Of a stretch of 64,000 bases of DNA, positions 33,491 to 45,219 are shown one piece after another; positions within the stretch are counted from its first letter, which is position 1, and every line of letters starts with the position of its first letter. Below the pieces are notes generated by a model. It searched no databases. It was not told the DNA's origin and worked only from the letters and a program-made list of their open reading frames with translations. The stretch lies in the NCBI GenBank assembly GCA_963729605.1, contig CAVSNY010000007.1:480001-544000 (forward strand), written 5' to 3'. Position numbers and translations under genes: made by a program. The DNA comes from an uncultured Gammaproteobacteria bacterium. GTDB lineage: Bacteria > Pseudomonadota > Gammaproteobacteria > DRLM01.

Positions 33491-33949
33491 ATGAAGGCCT
33501 TTCGCTGGTTGCTGCTGTTATTCATCGTCGTTCCGGTTTTGGAAATCTACCTCCTGATCAAGGTGGGGAGTTTCATTGGCGCGTGGCAGACGCTGTTGTT
33601 GCTGTTGTTTTCCGCCGTGCTGGGGATGGTGTTGATCCGTGTGCAAGGATTCCTGACCTGGCGGCGGGCGAGCGCCTCCCTGGCGCGCGGCCAGCTTCCC
33701 GCCATGGAATTGCTGGAGGGGGTGTTCGTCTTGCTGGGGGGCGTTTTATTGCTGGTCCCCGGGTTCGCGACCGATGCCGTCGGTCTTTTATGCCTGATCC
33801 CGCCGCTGCGCCGCCTCGGGGTGCGCTGGCTGTTGAGTCGCCTGAAGCTCAGGCCCGTCAATCGAGGGCCGGCTCCCCCGCCGGGAAGCGGTCCGCGGAC
33901 TATAGAGGGCGATTTTGATCGGGAAGAGGATCGCCCGCCCCGGTCCTGA
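33491..33949 (+). CDS. fxsA: FxsA family membrane protein
   Basis: PVLEIYLLIKVG, LLLVPGFATD, TIEGDF; upstream of groES. Confidence 0.9.
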   Translation: MKAFRWLLLLFIVVPVLEIYLLIKVGSFIGAWQTLLLLLFSAVLGMVLIRVQGFLTWRRASASLARGQLPAMELLEGVFVLLGGVLLLVPGFATDAVGLLCLIPPLRRLGVRWLLSRLKLRPVNRGPAPPPGSGPRTIEGDFDREEDRPPRS

Positions 33950-33970
33950 AAGTTTTTTTCGGCCCCCCAC

Positions 33971-33999
33971 CTTGACTCTCGAGTTTTCGTCACTATCAT
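33971..33999 (+). promoter_or_regulatory. groESL promoter
   Basis: CTTGACT...CACTATCAT (sigma70- or sigma32-like) directly before the CIRCE. Confidence 0.55.
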
Positions 34000-34001
34000 T
34001 A

Positions 34002-34028
34002 CTGGCACTCACCTGGCGCGAGTGCTAA
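34002..34028 (+). promoter_or_regulatory. CIRCE operator (HrcA site)
   Basis: CTGGCACTC-N9-GAGTGCTAA versus consensus TTAGCACTC-N9-GAGTGCTAA. Confidence 0.9.
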
Positions 34029-34100
34029 CAAATTCGCCCACTGCTTTGGCGAACAATGACTCATCATTGTTCAAATTTCTGAATTATAGGGAGATCAAGA

Positions 34101-34391
34101 ATGAAAGTCCGTCCTTTACACGATCGTGTTATCGTCCGCCGTTTGGATGAAGAGCGTAAAACGGCTGGGGGTATTGTGATTCCCGACAGCGCCGCCGAAA
34201 AGCCGGTCCGTGGTGAAATCATCGCCGTGGGCAAAGGCAAGATCCTCGACAACGGCGATGTGCGCGCCCTGGACGTGAAAGTCGGCGACAAGGTGCTGTA
34301 CGGCAAGTACTCGGGCACCGAAGTGAAGGTCGATGGTCAGGAGCTGCTGGTGATGCGTGAAGACGACATCATGGCCGTTTTGGAAGCGTAA
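34101..34391 (+). CDS. groES: Co-chaperonin GroES
   Basis: [29 protein letters not shown]. Confidence 0.98.
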   Translation: MKVRPLHDRVIVRRLDEERKTAGGIVIPDSAAEKPVRGEIIAVGKGKILDNGDVRALDVKVGDKVLYGKYSGTEVKVDGQELLVMREDDIMAVLEA

Positions 34392-36074
<1,683 letters not shown>

Positions 36075-36103
36075 TCGTCGCACGACGACGTCGGCCATCA
36101 CCT

Positions 36104-36142
36104 AAAAAAGCCCCGCCGTGTACACGGCGGGGCTTTTTCTTT
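36104..36142. terminator. Bidirectional intrinsic terminator between groEL and pilU
   Basis: AAAAAAGCCCCGCCGTG-TA-CACGGCGGGGCTTTTT. Confidence 0.85.
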
Positions 36143-36159
36143 GGGCGTCGGGTGGTGAT

Positions 36160-37368
36160 TTAACGGCCGAAGCTGGAGCCGTTTTTGTCGTCGTCGACCA
36201 GGCTGAGAGACAGCCCGGAGGGAGAGGCCGGCGCGGCCGCGGGTTTGGGCGCCGGCGCGACCGGTTCTTTGGGGGCGATGACCGTGGTCTCGGCCTCGGC
36301 GCCGATGCCGCGTTCCTCGAGGCTGATGCGCAACCGTAAATTATTTTGCGAGTCGGCGTTGCGCAAGGCTTCTTCCATGGTGATCTTGCCGTTTTTGTAA
36401 AGTCGGTATAAGGCGCCGTCGAAAGTCTGCATACCGATATTTTCCGACTTATCCATGATCTCCTTGATCTTGTGTACCTCGCCTTTGAGAATGAGGTCGC
36501 AGATCATCGGCGTGCCCAGCAGCACCTCCACCGCCACCGTGCGCTTACCGTCGATGGTGGGGATGAGGCGTTGTGAGACGATGCCGCGGATATTGAGCGA
36601 TAAATCCATCAGCAGTTGCTTGCGGCGCTCGTCGGGAAAGAAGTTGATGATGCGGTCCAACGCCTGGTTGGCGCTGTTGGCGTGGAGGGTGGTCAGGCAT
36701 AAGTGGCCGGTCTCGGCGAAGGCGATGGCGTGATCCATGGTTTCACGGTCGCGGACCTCACCGATCAGGATCACGTCCGGCGCCTGGCGCAGGGTGTTTT
36801 TCAATGCCTCGGTGTAGCTGAGGGTGTCGATACCCACCTCGCGCTGATTGACGATGGATTTTTTGTGGCGGTGCATGAACTCCACCGGATCCTCGATGGT
36901 GATGATATGGCCCGCGCTATTGCTGTTGCGGTAATCGATTAGCGAGGCCAGCGAGGTGGATTTGCCGGACCCGGTGCCGCCCACGAACAACACCAAGCCG
37001 CGTTTTTGCATGACCAGTTTGGTGAGGATGGGCAACAGCCCCAGCGACTCCCACGAAGGAATTTCGGTCTTGATGGCGCGGATCACCATGCCGAGCTGGT
37101 TGCGCTGCTGAAAAATATTGACGCGAAAACGACCCACTCCCGCCTCGGACAGCGCGAGATTCATCTCCGGATTTTTCTGAAACGCCGCGCGCTTTTCATC
37201 GTCCATCAAGGAATAGGCGATCTCGCGCAGGCGGTCGGGGGTCATGGGCGCCGGTTCCAGGGGTGTCATCACGCCTTGAATTTTCGCGGTGGGCGGGGCG
37301 CCGGTGGTGAGGTAAAGGTCGGAAGCTTCCTTCACCATCATGAATTTTAAATACTCCCGGAATTCCAT
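36160..37368 (-). CDS. pilU: PilT/PilU family type IV pilus ATPase (PilU-like)
   Basis: ASDLYL, GGTGSGKSTS, ITIEDP, QREVG, LRQAPDVILIGE, TLHANSANQ, GMQTFD. Confidence 0.85.
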   Translation of the reverse strand: MEFREYLKFMMVKEASDLYLTTGAPPTAKIQGVMTPLEPAPMTPDRLREIAYSLMDDEKRAAFQKNPEMNLALSEAGVGRFRVNIFQQRNQLGMVIRAIKTEIPSWESLGLLPILTKLVMQKRGLVLFVGGTGSGKSTSLASLIDYRNSNSAGHIITIEDPVEFMHRHKKSIVNQREVGIDTLSYTEALKNTLRQAPDVILIGEVRDRETMDHAIAFAETGHLCLTTLHANSANQALDRIINFFPDERRKQLLMDLSLNIRGIVSQRLIPTIDGKRTVAVEVLLGTPMICDLILKGEVHKIKEIMDKSENIGMQTFDGALYRLYKNGKITMEEALRNADSQNNLRLRISLEERGIGAEAETTVIAPKEPVAPAPKPAAAPASPSGLSLSLVDDDKNGSSFGR

Positions 37369-37502
37369 CGCGCCTCCCGCTAAACTCGAATGATTTTGGA
37401 TCAGATGACCCTAGAGGCGTATCGGCGTGGAAGGTAGCAACTTGAATGGTATGATCCGCCGCCTGAGGCGGGGATTTCGCCAAGTAAATTCGAGGGTTTC
37501 CG

Positions 37503-40412
37503 GTGAGTCGGCAAAGTCTTGATCCGATGTTTTTAAATGTGCCAGCGGCCTTGCGCGAGGAGACGGAACGGCTCTGGCTCCGCTATGTCGCGGCGGCCGG
37601 CGAACAGGGGATCGCCGTGCCCGCGGCGGCGGAGGTGATCGAGAGTCTGCCGCGGGTATGGGCGGCCAGCGATTTCGTGGCGCAACACTGCGTGCGTACG
37701 CCGGCCTTGCTGGCGGAATTGGCCGGCGGCGATTTGCAGGCGGTGTATCCCGAACCGGAGTACGCGCGGCGCCTGGAGTTGGATTTGACGAAGGCGGTAG
37801 ACGAGCCCGCCTTGGCGCTATGCCTGCGACGATTCCGGCGCCGTGAGATGGTGCGCATCGCCTGGCGCGACCTGGCCGGCTGGGCGGATCTGCGGGAAAC
37901 CCTGGGCGATCTGTCGGCGCTGGCCCGCGCCTGCCTCGAAGGCGCCTTGCGCCGTTTGGATGACTGGCAGTCCGCCGAACTGGGCGCACCGACGGGAGCG
38001 TCCGGCGAGCGGCAGGGTTTGATCGTGATCGGCATGGGCAAGCTGGGCGCCGGCGAACTCAATTTTTCCTCCGACATCGATTTGATCTTCGCCTATCCGG
38101 AGGACGGCGAGACCCGCGGCGGCCCGCGCAGCGTGACCCACGAGGACTATTTCCGGCGCCTCGGCCAGCGCCTCATCCAGGCCTTGAACGCCGTCACCGC
38201 CGACGGTTTCGTGTTCCGCGTCGATATGCGGCTGCGGCCCTTCGGCGACAGCGGCCCGCTGGTGATGAGCTTCGACGCCATGGAGGAGTATTACCAGACG
38301 CACGGCCGCGAATGGGAACGTTACGCCTGGATCAAGGCCGCCGTGGTGGCGGGTGACCGCGCCGCCGGCGAAAAACTGCTGCGGCAATTGCGACCCTTCG
38401 TGTTTCGGCGTTATCTGGATTTCAGCGCCTATCATTCCTTGCGTGAAATGAAGGCGCTCATCGCCGAGCAGGTCAAGCGCAAGGGCTTGGAGGACAATAT
38501 CAAACTCGGCGCCGGCGGCATTCGTGAAATCGAATTCATCGGCCAGGCCTTTCAGCTGATCCGCGGCGGCCGCGAGACCGAACTGCAAGCACGGCCCATC
38601 CTCACCGTCTTGGAGCGGTTGGGTGCGGCGGCCTATCTGCCCGCCCATGTGGTCGCCGATCTCGCCACCGCTTACCACTTTCTCCGCCGCGCTGAAAATC
38701 GCCTGCAGGCCTACGCCGACCGGCAAACCCATCGCCTGCCGAGTGACGGCGCGGGCTGCCAGCGGCTGGCGATGGCCATGGACTACGCCGATTGGGAGAG
38801 TTTCGCGCGGATATTGCAGCATCACCGCCGCCGGGTGCACAGCCACTTCGAGCATTTATTCGCCGCGCCCGAGGAGGGTGTGAGCCGCGACGAGCAAGGG
38901 CCGCTGATGCGGCTGTGGCGGGGCGATTTGCCTGCCGCCGAGGCGGAGGCCGCGCTCTCCGGGGCGGGATTCGATGAACCCGCGGCGGTGTTGGAGCAAA
39001 TCACCCGCCTGCGCGAATCCGCTACTTACCGCCATTTAACGGCGCAGGGCCGCCAACGCCTCGATTATCTGATGCCGCTGCTGTTGGGCGCGGTGGCGCA
39101 AGCCGAACGGCCGCGCGTGACCTTGAGCCGGGTGCTGGGTCTGCTGGAAAAGATCGCGCGGCGCACCGCCTATCTGGCGCTGTTGGCGGAGAACACCGTC
39201 GCCTTGTCGCAACTGGTGCGCCTGTGCGCCGCCAGTTCGTGGATCGCGGCACAGCTGGCGCGGCATCCTTTGCTGCTCGACGAGCTGCTGGACCCGCGCG
39301 TCTTGTATGTACCGCTCAATCGTGAGGCCTTGCAGCGCGAACTTGCCGCCGACCTTGAGCCGGTCGCGGCGGACGATCTCGAGCAACAAATGGAAGTGCT
39401 GCGCCATTTCAAACAGACCAACGTGCTGCGGGTGGCGGCGGCCGATTTGGCCGGCGTTTATCCGTTGATGGTGGTGAGCGACCACCTCACCGAGATCGCC
39501 GAGGTGATCCTCGGCGAGATGGTGCGTCTCGCCCGCGCCCATATGGCGGCGCGCCATGGCCTGCCGCGGTGCCGGGCCGACGGCCGCGTTTTTGAACCGG
39601 GTTTCGCGGTGATCGGCTACGGCAAGCTGGGCGGGATCGAGCTCGGCTACGGTTCCGATCTCGATCTGGTGTTCTTGCACGACAGCGCCGGCGAGGAACT
39701 GGGCAGCTCGGGCGCCAAGCCGCTCGATAACGCCGTGTATTTCGCCCGGCTCGGCCAGCGCATCATCCACATGGCCACCGCCCATACCCCGTCGGGGGTG
39801 TTGTACGACATCGACATGCGCCTGCGGCCCAGCGGCGCGTCCGGGTTATTGGTCAGCAGCATGACCGCTTACGCCGATTACCAGCGCAAGGAGGCCTGGA
39901 CCTGGGAGCACCAGGCCCTGGTGCGGGCGCGGGCGGTGGCGGGCGACGCGCCCGTGGCGACGGCGTTCGACGCGGTGCGGCGCGAGGTGTTGGCGCGCCG
40001 CCGCGACCGGGCCGTGCTGCGGCGCGAGGTGCGCGAGATGCGCCAGCGCATGCGCGACGAACTCGGCCAGCGCGATCCCGCGCGCTTCGACCTCAAGCAG
40101 GACCCCGGCGGTATCGCCGATATTGAATTTATGGTTCAATATGGCGCTTTGGCGTGGGCCTGTGACCATCCGGAATTGCTCCGTTATACCGATAATATCC
40201 GCCTGTTGGAGGGTTTTGCCGGGGCCGGATTGATGACGGCGGCGGATGTCCGGTTATTGAGCGACGCCTACCGCACCTACCGGGCCAGAGTCCATCAGCT
40301 TACCCTGCAGGATGAGTCCGCGCTGGTCGGCGCCGAGGCGTTCCACGCGCTGCGCGCCGAGGTATCGCGCGTCTGGCGGATGTTGATGGAAGACCCCGGC
40401 GATCCCGTTTAG
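37503..40412 (+). CDS. glnE: Glutamine synthetase adenylyltransferase
   Basis: Two nucleotidyltransferase modules GMGKLGAGELNFSSDID and GYGKLGGIELGYGSDLD; D.RLRP motifs. Confidence 0.97.
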   Translation: MSRQSLDPMFLNVPAALREETERLWLRYVAAAGEQGIAVPAAAEVIESLPRVWAASDFVAQHCVRTPALLAELAGGDLQAVYPEPEYARRLELDLTKAVDEPALALCLRRFRRREMVRIAWRDLAGWADLRETLGDLSALARACLEGALRRLDDWQSAELGAPTGASGERQGLIVIGMGKLGAGELNFSSDIDLIFAYPEDGETRGGPRSVTHEDYFRRLGQRLIQALNAVTADGFVFRVDMRLRPFGDSGPLVMSFDAMEEYYQTHGREWERYAWIKAAVVAGDRAAGEKLLRQLRPFVFRRYLDFSAYHSLREMKALIAEQVKRKGLEDNIKLGAGGIREIEFIGQAFQLIRGGRETELQARPILTVLERLGAAAYLPAHVVADLATAYHFLRRAENRLQAYADRQTHRLPSDGAGCQRLAMAMDYADWESFARILQHHRRRVHSHFEHLFAAPEEGVSRDEQGPLMRLWRGDLPAAEAEAALSGAGFDEPAAVLEQITRLRESATYRHLTAQGRQRLDYLMPLLLGAVAQAERPRVTLSRVLGLLEKIARRTAYLALLAENTVALSQLVRLCAASSWIAAQLARHPLLLDELLDPRVLYVPLNREALQRELAADLEPVAADDLEQQMEVLRHFKQTNVLRVAAADLAGVYPLMVVSDHLTEIAEVILGEMVRLARAHMAARHGLPRCRADGRVFEPGFAVIGYGKLGGIELGYGSDLDLVFLHDSAGEELGSSGAKPLDNAVYFARLGQRIIHMATAHTPSGVLYDIDMRLRPSGASGLLVSSMTAYADYQRKEAWTWEHQALVRARAVAGDAPVATAFDAVRREVLARRRDRAVLRREVREMRQRMRDELGQRDPARFDLKQDPGGIADIEFMVQYGALAWACDHPELLRYTDNIRLLEGFAGAGLMTAADVRLLSDAYRTYRARVHQLTLQDESALVGAEAFHALRAEVSRVWRMLMEDPGDPV

Positions 40413-40486
40413 CGCATCGTCCGGCGCGTGCGCCGTATGATGTTTAATTTTGATATTTTGATATTAATGTTGAGGAGATTTGAGTC

Positions 40487-41411
40487 ATGTCGATGGCTGA
40501 CCGCGACGGCGTCATCTGGTTAGACGGCCAATTGGTGCCCTGGCGTGAAGCCAAGGTGCACGTGCTGACCCATACTTTGCATTACGGGATGGGGGTATTC
40601 GAAGGCGTGCGCGCTTATAAAACCGATCGTGGCGCCGCGATCTTCCGCTTGAAGGAGCACACCGACCGGCTGTTCCGTTCCGCCCACATCCTCGGCATGA
40701 AAATACCGTACGACAAGACGACGCTCAACGAGGCCACCAAACAAGTGGTGCGCGACAACAAGCTCGAATCGGGCTACATCCGCCCCATGTGTTTCTACGG
40801 CGCCGAGGGCATGGGCCTGCGCGCCGAAAACTTGAAGACCCACGTCATGATCGCCGCCTGGACCTGGGGCGCCTACATGGGCGAGGAGAATCTCAAGCGC
40901 GGCATCAAGGTGCGCACCTCGCTCCTACACCCGCCATCACGTCAATATCATGATGTGCAAGGCCAAGGCCAATGGCAACTACCTCAACTCCATGCTCGCG
41001 CTCAACGAGGCGCTGGCCTGCGGTTGCGACGAGGCCATGCTGCTCGACGCGGAAGGCTACGTCGCCGAAGGCAGCGGCGAGAACATCTTCATCATCCGCG
41101 ACGGTGTGATCTACACGCCCGAGCTCACCTCGGCGCTCGACGGCATCACCCGCGCGACGGTCATCCAAATCGCGAACGACATGGGCCTCGAAGTCCGCGA
41201 GAAGCGCATCACCCGCGACGAGGTCTACATCGCCGACGAGGCCTTCTTCACCGGCACCGCCGCCGAGGTCACGCCGATCCGCGAGGTGGACGGCCGCGCC
41301 ATCGGCATCGGCAGCCGCGGGCCCATCACCGAAAAACTGCAAACGACCTATTTTGATCAGGTGCATGGCCGGCGCGAGGTTTATCCGGAATGGCTGAGCT
41401 TGGTAGAGTAA
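40487..41411 (+). CDS. ilvE: Branched-chain amino acid aminotransferase with +1 frameshift at ~40922
   Basis: [10 protein letters not shown] in the first frame; KANGNY, EGSGEN, LDGITR, FTGTAAE in the +1 frame; removing one C gives [12 protein letters not shown]. Confidence 0.9.
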
Positions 41412-41473
41412 GGCCGGGGGGAACCCGACCCGTTGGTCGGGCCGGCTGAAAAATGGGGATAAAGGAGACGGAC

Positions 41474-41704
41474 GTGAACACGACACAGTCGGCGGGCGGC
41501 GCGGGTAAAAAAAGACAGATCGAGGCCAATGCCGAAAACCGTTATGAGGTGACGCGGGCGGATCTGCCCTTGCATTGCCCGATGGACGGCATGAGTTTGT
41601 GGAATTCCCACCCTCGCGTCTATCTGCCCATCCAGGAAACCGGCCAGGCCATGTGTCCTTATTGCGGCGCCAACTATTTTCTCGTCGATCACCCGGCCAA
41701 GTGA
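41474..41704 (+). CDS. zf-CHCC zinc-finger protein
   Basis: AAGGAG RBS plus GTG; LHCP...WNSHPRVYL...CPYCG. Confidence 0.85.
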   Translation: MNTTQSAGGAGKKRQIEANAENRYEVTRADLPLHCPMDGMSLWNSHPRVYLPIQETGQAMCPYCGANYFLVDHPAK

Positions 41705-42645
41705 CATCACGGGCGCAGAGTCCCACGCCGCCGCGCCGGCCGCTGGTGGCGTGGTGGTTCAGTGACGGCAAGGCGGGGCACGCCAATCAAGTGCGCGGTT
41801 TGCTGGCCGCGCTGTCCGCACGCCTGCCGCTGGAAGCCCACGCCCTGCCCGCGCTGAAAACGCCGCAGGCCCTCGCCGCCTTGCTGTGGCGGCGCGCCGT
41901 GCGCCGCGACCTGCCCATTCCGGATTTATTGCTGGGCGCCGGCCATCGCACCCATCTCTCCCTGCTCGCCGCCCGCCGTGCCCATGGCGGGCGGGCCGTG
42001 GTGTTGATGAAACCCAGTCTGCCCCGCCGCTGTTTTGATTTATGCATCGTCCCCGAACACGACGGCGTGCGGTCTTCCGCGCGAGTACTGGTGACCCGCG
42101 GCGTGCTGAACGCCATCCGTCCCGCGCCGGTGAAAAGACCGGGCAGCGGGCTGATCCTGGTGGGCGGGCCGTCGTCGCATCACGGCTGGGACGAGGCGGT
42201 CTTGCTGGAGCGGATCAAAACCATCGCCGCACATGATCCCGCGCGGCACTGGACCGTCGCCGGTTCGCGGCGCACGCCGCCCGCCACCGAACTGCGTCTG
42301 GCGGCACTCGGCCTGCTCAATGTCGATAACGTGTCGTATCGTGACAGCCGGCCGGAGTGGTTGCCCGCGCAACTGGCGACGGCGGAACAGGTGTGGGTGA
42401 CGGAAGACAGCGTGTCGATGATCTACGAGGCGCTGACCGCCGGCGCGGCGGTGGGCGTGCTCGGCGTGCCGCGCCGCGGCGCGGGCCGGGTGGTGCGCGG
42501 GGTGGAGGGTTTGCTGCGTGAGCAATGGGTGACCTCGTTCGCCGCTTGGCGGCAGGGACGGGCGCTGCGGGTGCCCCAACAGGTTTTTGACGAAGCGGCG
42601 CGGTGCGCCCAGTGGATGGTCGAGCGATGGTTCAGCGTGCATTGA
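41701..42645 (+). CDS. ELM1/GtrOC1-like putative glycosyltransferase
   Basis: SDGKAGHANQ, GAGHRTH, LMKPSLP, VPEHD, LVGGPS, SRRTP, VTEDSVSMIYEA. Confidence 0.85.
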   Translation: MTSRAQSPTPPRRPLVAWWFSDGKAGHANQVRGLLAALSARLPLEAHALPALKTPQALAALLWRRAVRRDLPIPDLLLGAGHRTHLSLLAARRAHGGRAVVLMKPSLPRRCFDLCIVPEHDGVRSSARVLVTRGVLNAIRPAPVKRPGSGLILVGGPSSHHGWDEAVLLERIKTIAAHDPARHWTVAGSRRTPPATELRLAALGLLNVDNVSYRDSRPEWLPAQLATAEQVWVTEDSVSMIYEALTAGAAVGVLGVPRRGAGRVVRGVEGLLREQWVTSFAAWRQGRALRVPQQVFDEAARCAQWMVERWFSVH

Positions 42646-43772
42646 CGGTGGTGCAGGTATTGCCCGCCGTGGAGGAAGGCGGGGTGGAGCGCGGTACCTT
42701 GGAGGTGGCCAATGCCTTGGTGCAGCGCGGCCACCGCTCGATCGTGATTTCCGCGGGCGGTCGTCTGGTGCCCCACCTCACCAAGGGCGGCAGCGAACAC
42801 ATCGCCTGGCCGATCGGCGCCAAGTCGCCGCTCACCCTGCGTTATGTTTCGAAGCTGCGGCGTCTGTTGCGGCAGCGGCAGGTCGACGTGCTGCACGCCC
42901 GTTCCCGCTTGCCGGCGTGGATCGCCTACCTGGCCTGGCGCGGCATCAAGCCCGCGCTGCGGCCCCACTTCGTGACCACCGTGCACGGCTTGTATTCGGT
43001 GGGCCGCTACAGCGCCGTCATGACCCGCGGCGAACGGGTGATCGCGGTGTCGCATACCGTGAAGGAATACCTGCTGAAAAATTATCCGGGCGTGCCGGAG
43101 CAGCGCATCCAAGTCATACCGCGCGGCGTCGATCACCGTTTCTATCCTTTCGATTACCGCCCCAACTCCGGTTGGCTGCGCGGGTGGTTCGCCCAGTATC
43201 CGCAATTGCTCGACGCCTTCGTGGTGACCCTGCCGGGGCGGATGACCCGCCTCAAGGGCCACGAGGATTTCATCGAACTGATAAAACGCCTGACAGCACA
43301 AGGCCTGCCGGTATGGGGTCTGGTGGTGGGCGGCGAAGACCGGCGGCGCAAGGCGTATGCGGAAGAAATCAAACAACGCGCCCAGCAGGCCGGTCTCGAC
43401 AATCTCATCTTCACCGGCCACCGCAGCGATTTGCGGGAGATCTTCGCGGTCTCCAACGTGGTGTTGTCCCTCTCCACCCAGCCCGAGTCCTTCGGCCGCA
43501 CCGTGCTGGAGGCGCTCAGTCTGGGCGTGCCGGTGGTGGGGTATGACCATGGCGGTGTCGGCGAGATATTGAGCGGCCTGTTTCCCGAGGGGCGGGTGCC
43601 GCTGGGCGACCTGGATGAACTCACCGCTAAAGTCATCGCCTTTCTGAAGCAAAAGCCGGCGCTGACCCAGCACGGGGATTTCACCTTGCAGCGCATGTTG
43701 GACGATACCCTGCGCGTGTATGAATCCCTGGCGATTCCCGCCGCCGGCGGTGTGTTAGCCACTCAGTCATGA
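42627..43772 (+). CDS. Glycosyltransferase family 4
   Basis: GGVERGT, HARSR.PAW, GRMTRLKG, PESFGRTVLEAL. Confidence 0.9.
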   Translation: MVQRALTVVQVLPAVEEGGVERGTLEVANALVQRGHRSIVISAGGRLVPHLTKGGSEHIAWPIGAKSPLTLRYVSKLRRLLRQRQVDVLHARSRLPAWIAYLAWRGIKPALRPHFVTTVHGLYSVGRYSAVMTRGERVIAVSHTVKEYLLKNYPGVPEQRIQVIPRGVDHRFYPFDYRPNSGWLRGWFAQYPQLLDAFVVTLPGRMTRLKGHEDFIELIKRLTAQGLPVWGLVVGGEDRRRKAYAEEIKQRAQQAGLDNLIFTGHRSDLREIFAVSNVVLSLSTQPESFGRTVLEALSLGVPVVGYDHGGVGEILSGLFPEGRVPLGDLDELTAKVIAFLKQKPALTQHGDFTLQRMLDDTLRVYESLAIPAAGGVLATQS

Positions 43773-45061
43773 GCGGTACGGTGCAAGCCTCCAGCGGTCT
43801 CCGCGATCGCTTGCGCGACTGGTGGCCGGCATTGCTCATCGGCCTGGCCTTGGCGTCCCTGCCCTTCTCGCGCTCGGTGGAGCTGTTCATCCTCATCATG
43901 GCGGTGCTGGGCGTACGGGCGCTCATCAAGCAGGGCAGGGCCCTGGCCTGGTCCGGCGGCGGGCGCTTATTCAGCGTATTGTTCCTGTTATTTTGGGTGC
44001 CGATGCTGTCGTCCATTCCCGACGCCGTACAGATGGACAGAACCCTCTTGCGCGCCTTCAGCTATGTGCGGTTTTATTTCGCCGGCCTGTTCGTGTTGCA
44101 CGTGATGGCCGGGGAAGCGGCGCGGCGACGTTTGTTGAAAATCAGCGCTTTTGTGTTGTTGTTTTGGTTGGCGGACGCGCTGGTGCAATTAGTCTTTCAC
44201 CGCGACCTATTCGGTTACCGTTACCTGCCCGGCCGCTTGAACGCGCTGTTCGGCGAGGAGAGCAAACGTTTCGGTTACGTGTTGGCGGTGCTCTCGCCGC
44301 TGCTGCTCGAGTTCGCGCGGCGCTATTGGCCGCGCTGGGCGCAGGCCGCCGTCGCCCTCACCTTGCTGATCGTGATCTTGCTGGCGGGCAGCCGCGCGGC
44401 GTGGATCATGTTGTTCGTGATCTTCTGCGGTTATTTTTTGATTTATCTCCGCGACCAGCCCCGCAAGGCGCTGCGCTGGCTGGGCGCCGGAGTGGTGGGC
44501 GGCCTGGCGGTGATCGTGACGGCCTATCTTTTTTATTCGCCGTTCACCCACCGCATGGACACCTCCTTGCTGGTGCTGAAGGGCGACACGGAATCCATCG
44601 ACACCGCCATTTCCTTGCGCCTGCCCATCTGGGAGGTGGCGTTGAAGATGTATGCCGACCATCCGATCAACGGCGTGGGTATACGCGGTTTCCGTCATGC
44701 CTATCCGGCTTACGCCTTGCCCGATGACCCCTTCGTGTCGCCGGGGAGCACGACCGGGGCCTTGCACAGTCACCATCTGTGGCTGGAAGTCGCCGCTGAA
44801 GCCGGCAGCATCGGGTTGATCGGTCTGGTCGCGGCGATGGGCTTGCTGGTGCGGCGCTGGCGGCAAAGCCCGCGCGCCGTGCAGCGTTTGGCCCTGCCAT
44901 GGATGTTGGTGTTGGCGGCCCTGCTGTTTCCTTTCAACACGCATGTGGCGACGTATTCGCTGCTGATGTCGGTGCTGTTGTGGCTGACCGTCGCCTTATA
45001 CTGTGCCGCGTGCGGCGATGCCGCGGTCCGCGCCAAGGCCGGTGACGGGGCAGCGCAGTGA
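43769..45061 (+). CDS. O-antigen ligase (WaaL/Wzy_C) family protein
   Basis: Multiple TM helices, GSRAAW, RLPIW, HPINGVG...F, HSHHLWLE. Confidence 0.85.
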   Translation: MSGTVQASSGLRDRLRDWWPALLIGLALASLPFSRSVELFILIMAVLGVRALIKQGRALAWSGGGRLFSVLFLLFWVPMLSSIPDAVQMDRTLLRAFSYVRFYFAGLFVLHVMAGEAARRRLLKISAFVLLFWLADALVQLVFHRDLFGYRYLPGRLNALFGEESKRFGYVLAVLSPLLLEFARRYWPRWAQAAVALTLLIVILLAGSRAAWIMLFVIFCGYFLIYLRDQPRKALRWLGAGVVGGLAVIVTAYLFYSPFTHRMDTSLLVLKGDTESIDTAISLRLPIWEVALKMYADHPINGVGIRGFRHAYPAYALPDDPFVSPGSTTGALHSHHLWLEVAAEAGSIGLIGLVAAMGLLVRRWRQSPRAVQRLALPWMLVLAALLFPFNTHVATYSLLMSVLLWLTVALYCAACGDAAVRAKAGDGAAQ

Positions 45062-45076
45062 TTGAATCTTAAAATT

Positions 45077-45175
45077 CCCCGCGGTTTGCCGCGGCGACAA
45101 AGCGATGGGGGATTCTCAAGGGGGGTAATCGATCCTCCCTCTTGAGCCAAGCGCGGGGATTCATTCCCCGTGCGC
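45077..45175. repeat. Three-hairpin palindromic element
   Basis: CCGCGG-TTTG-CCGCGG; CTCAAGGGGG...CCCTCTTGAG; GCGCGGGGA...TCCCCGTGCGC. Confidence 0.5.
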
Positions 45176-45219
45176 AGTCAGACCGGTTGAATTCAACTAA
45201 TCGCGAGGAAGCGTTTGTC

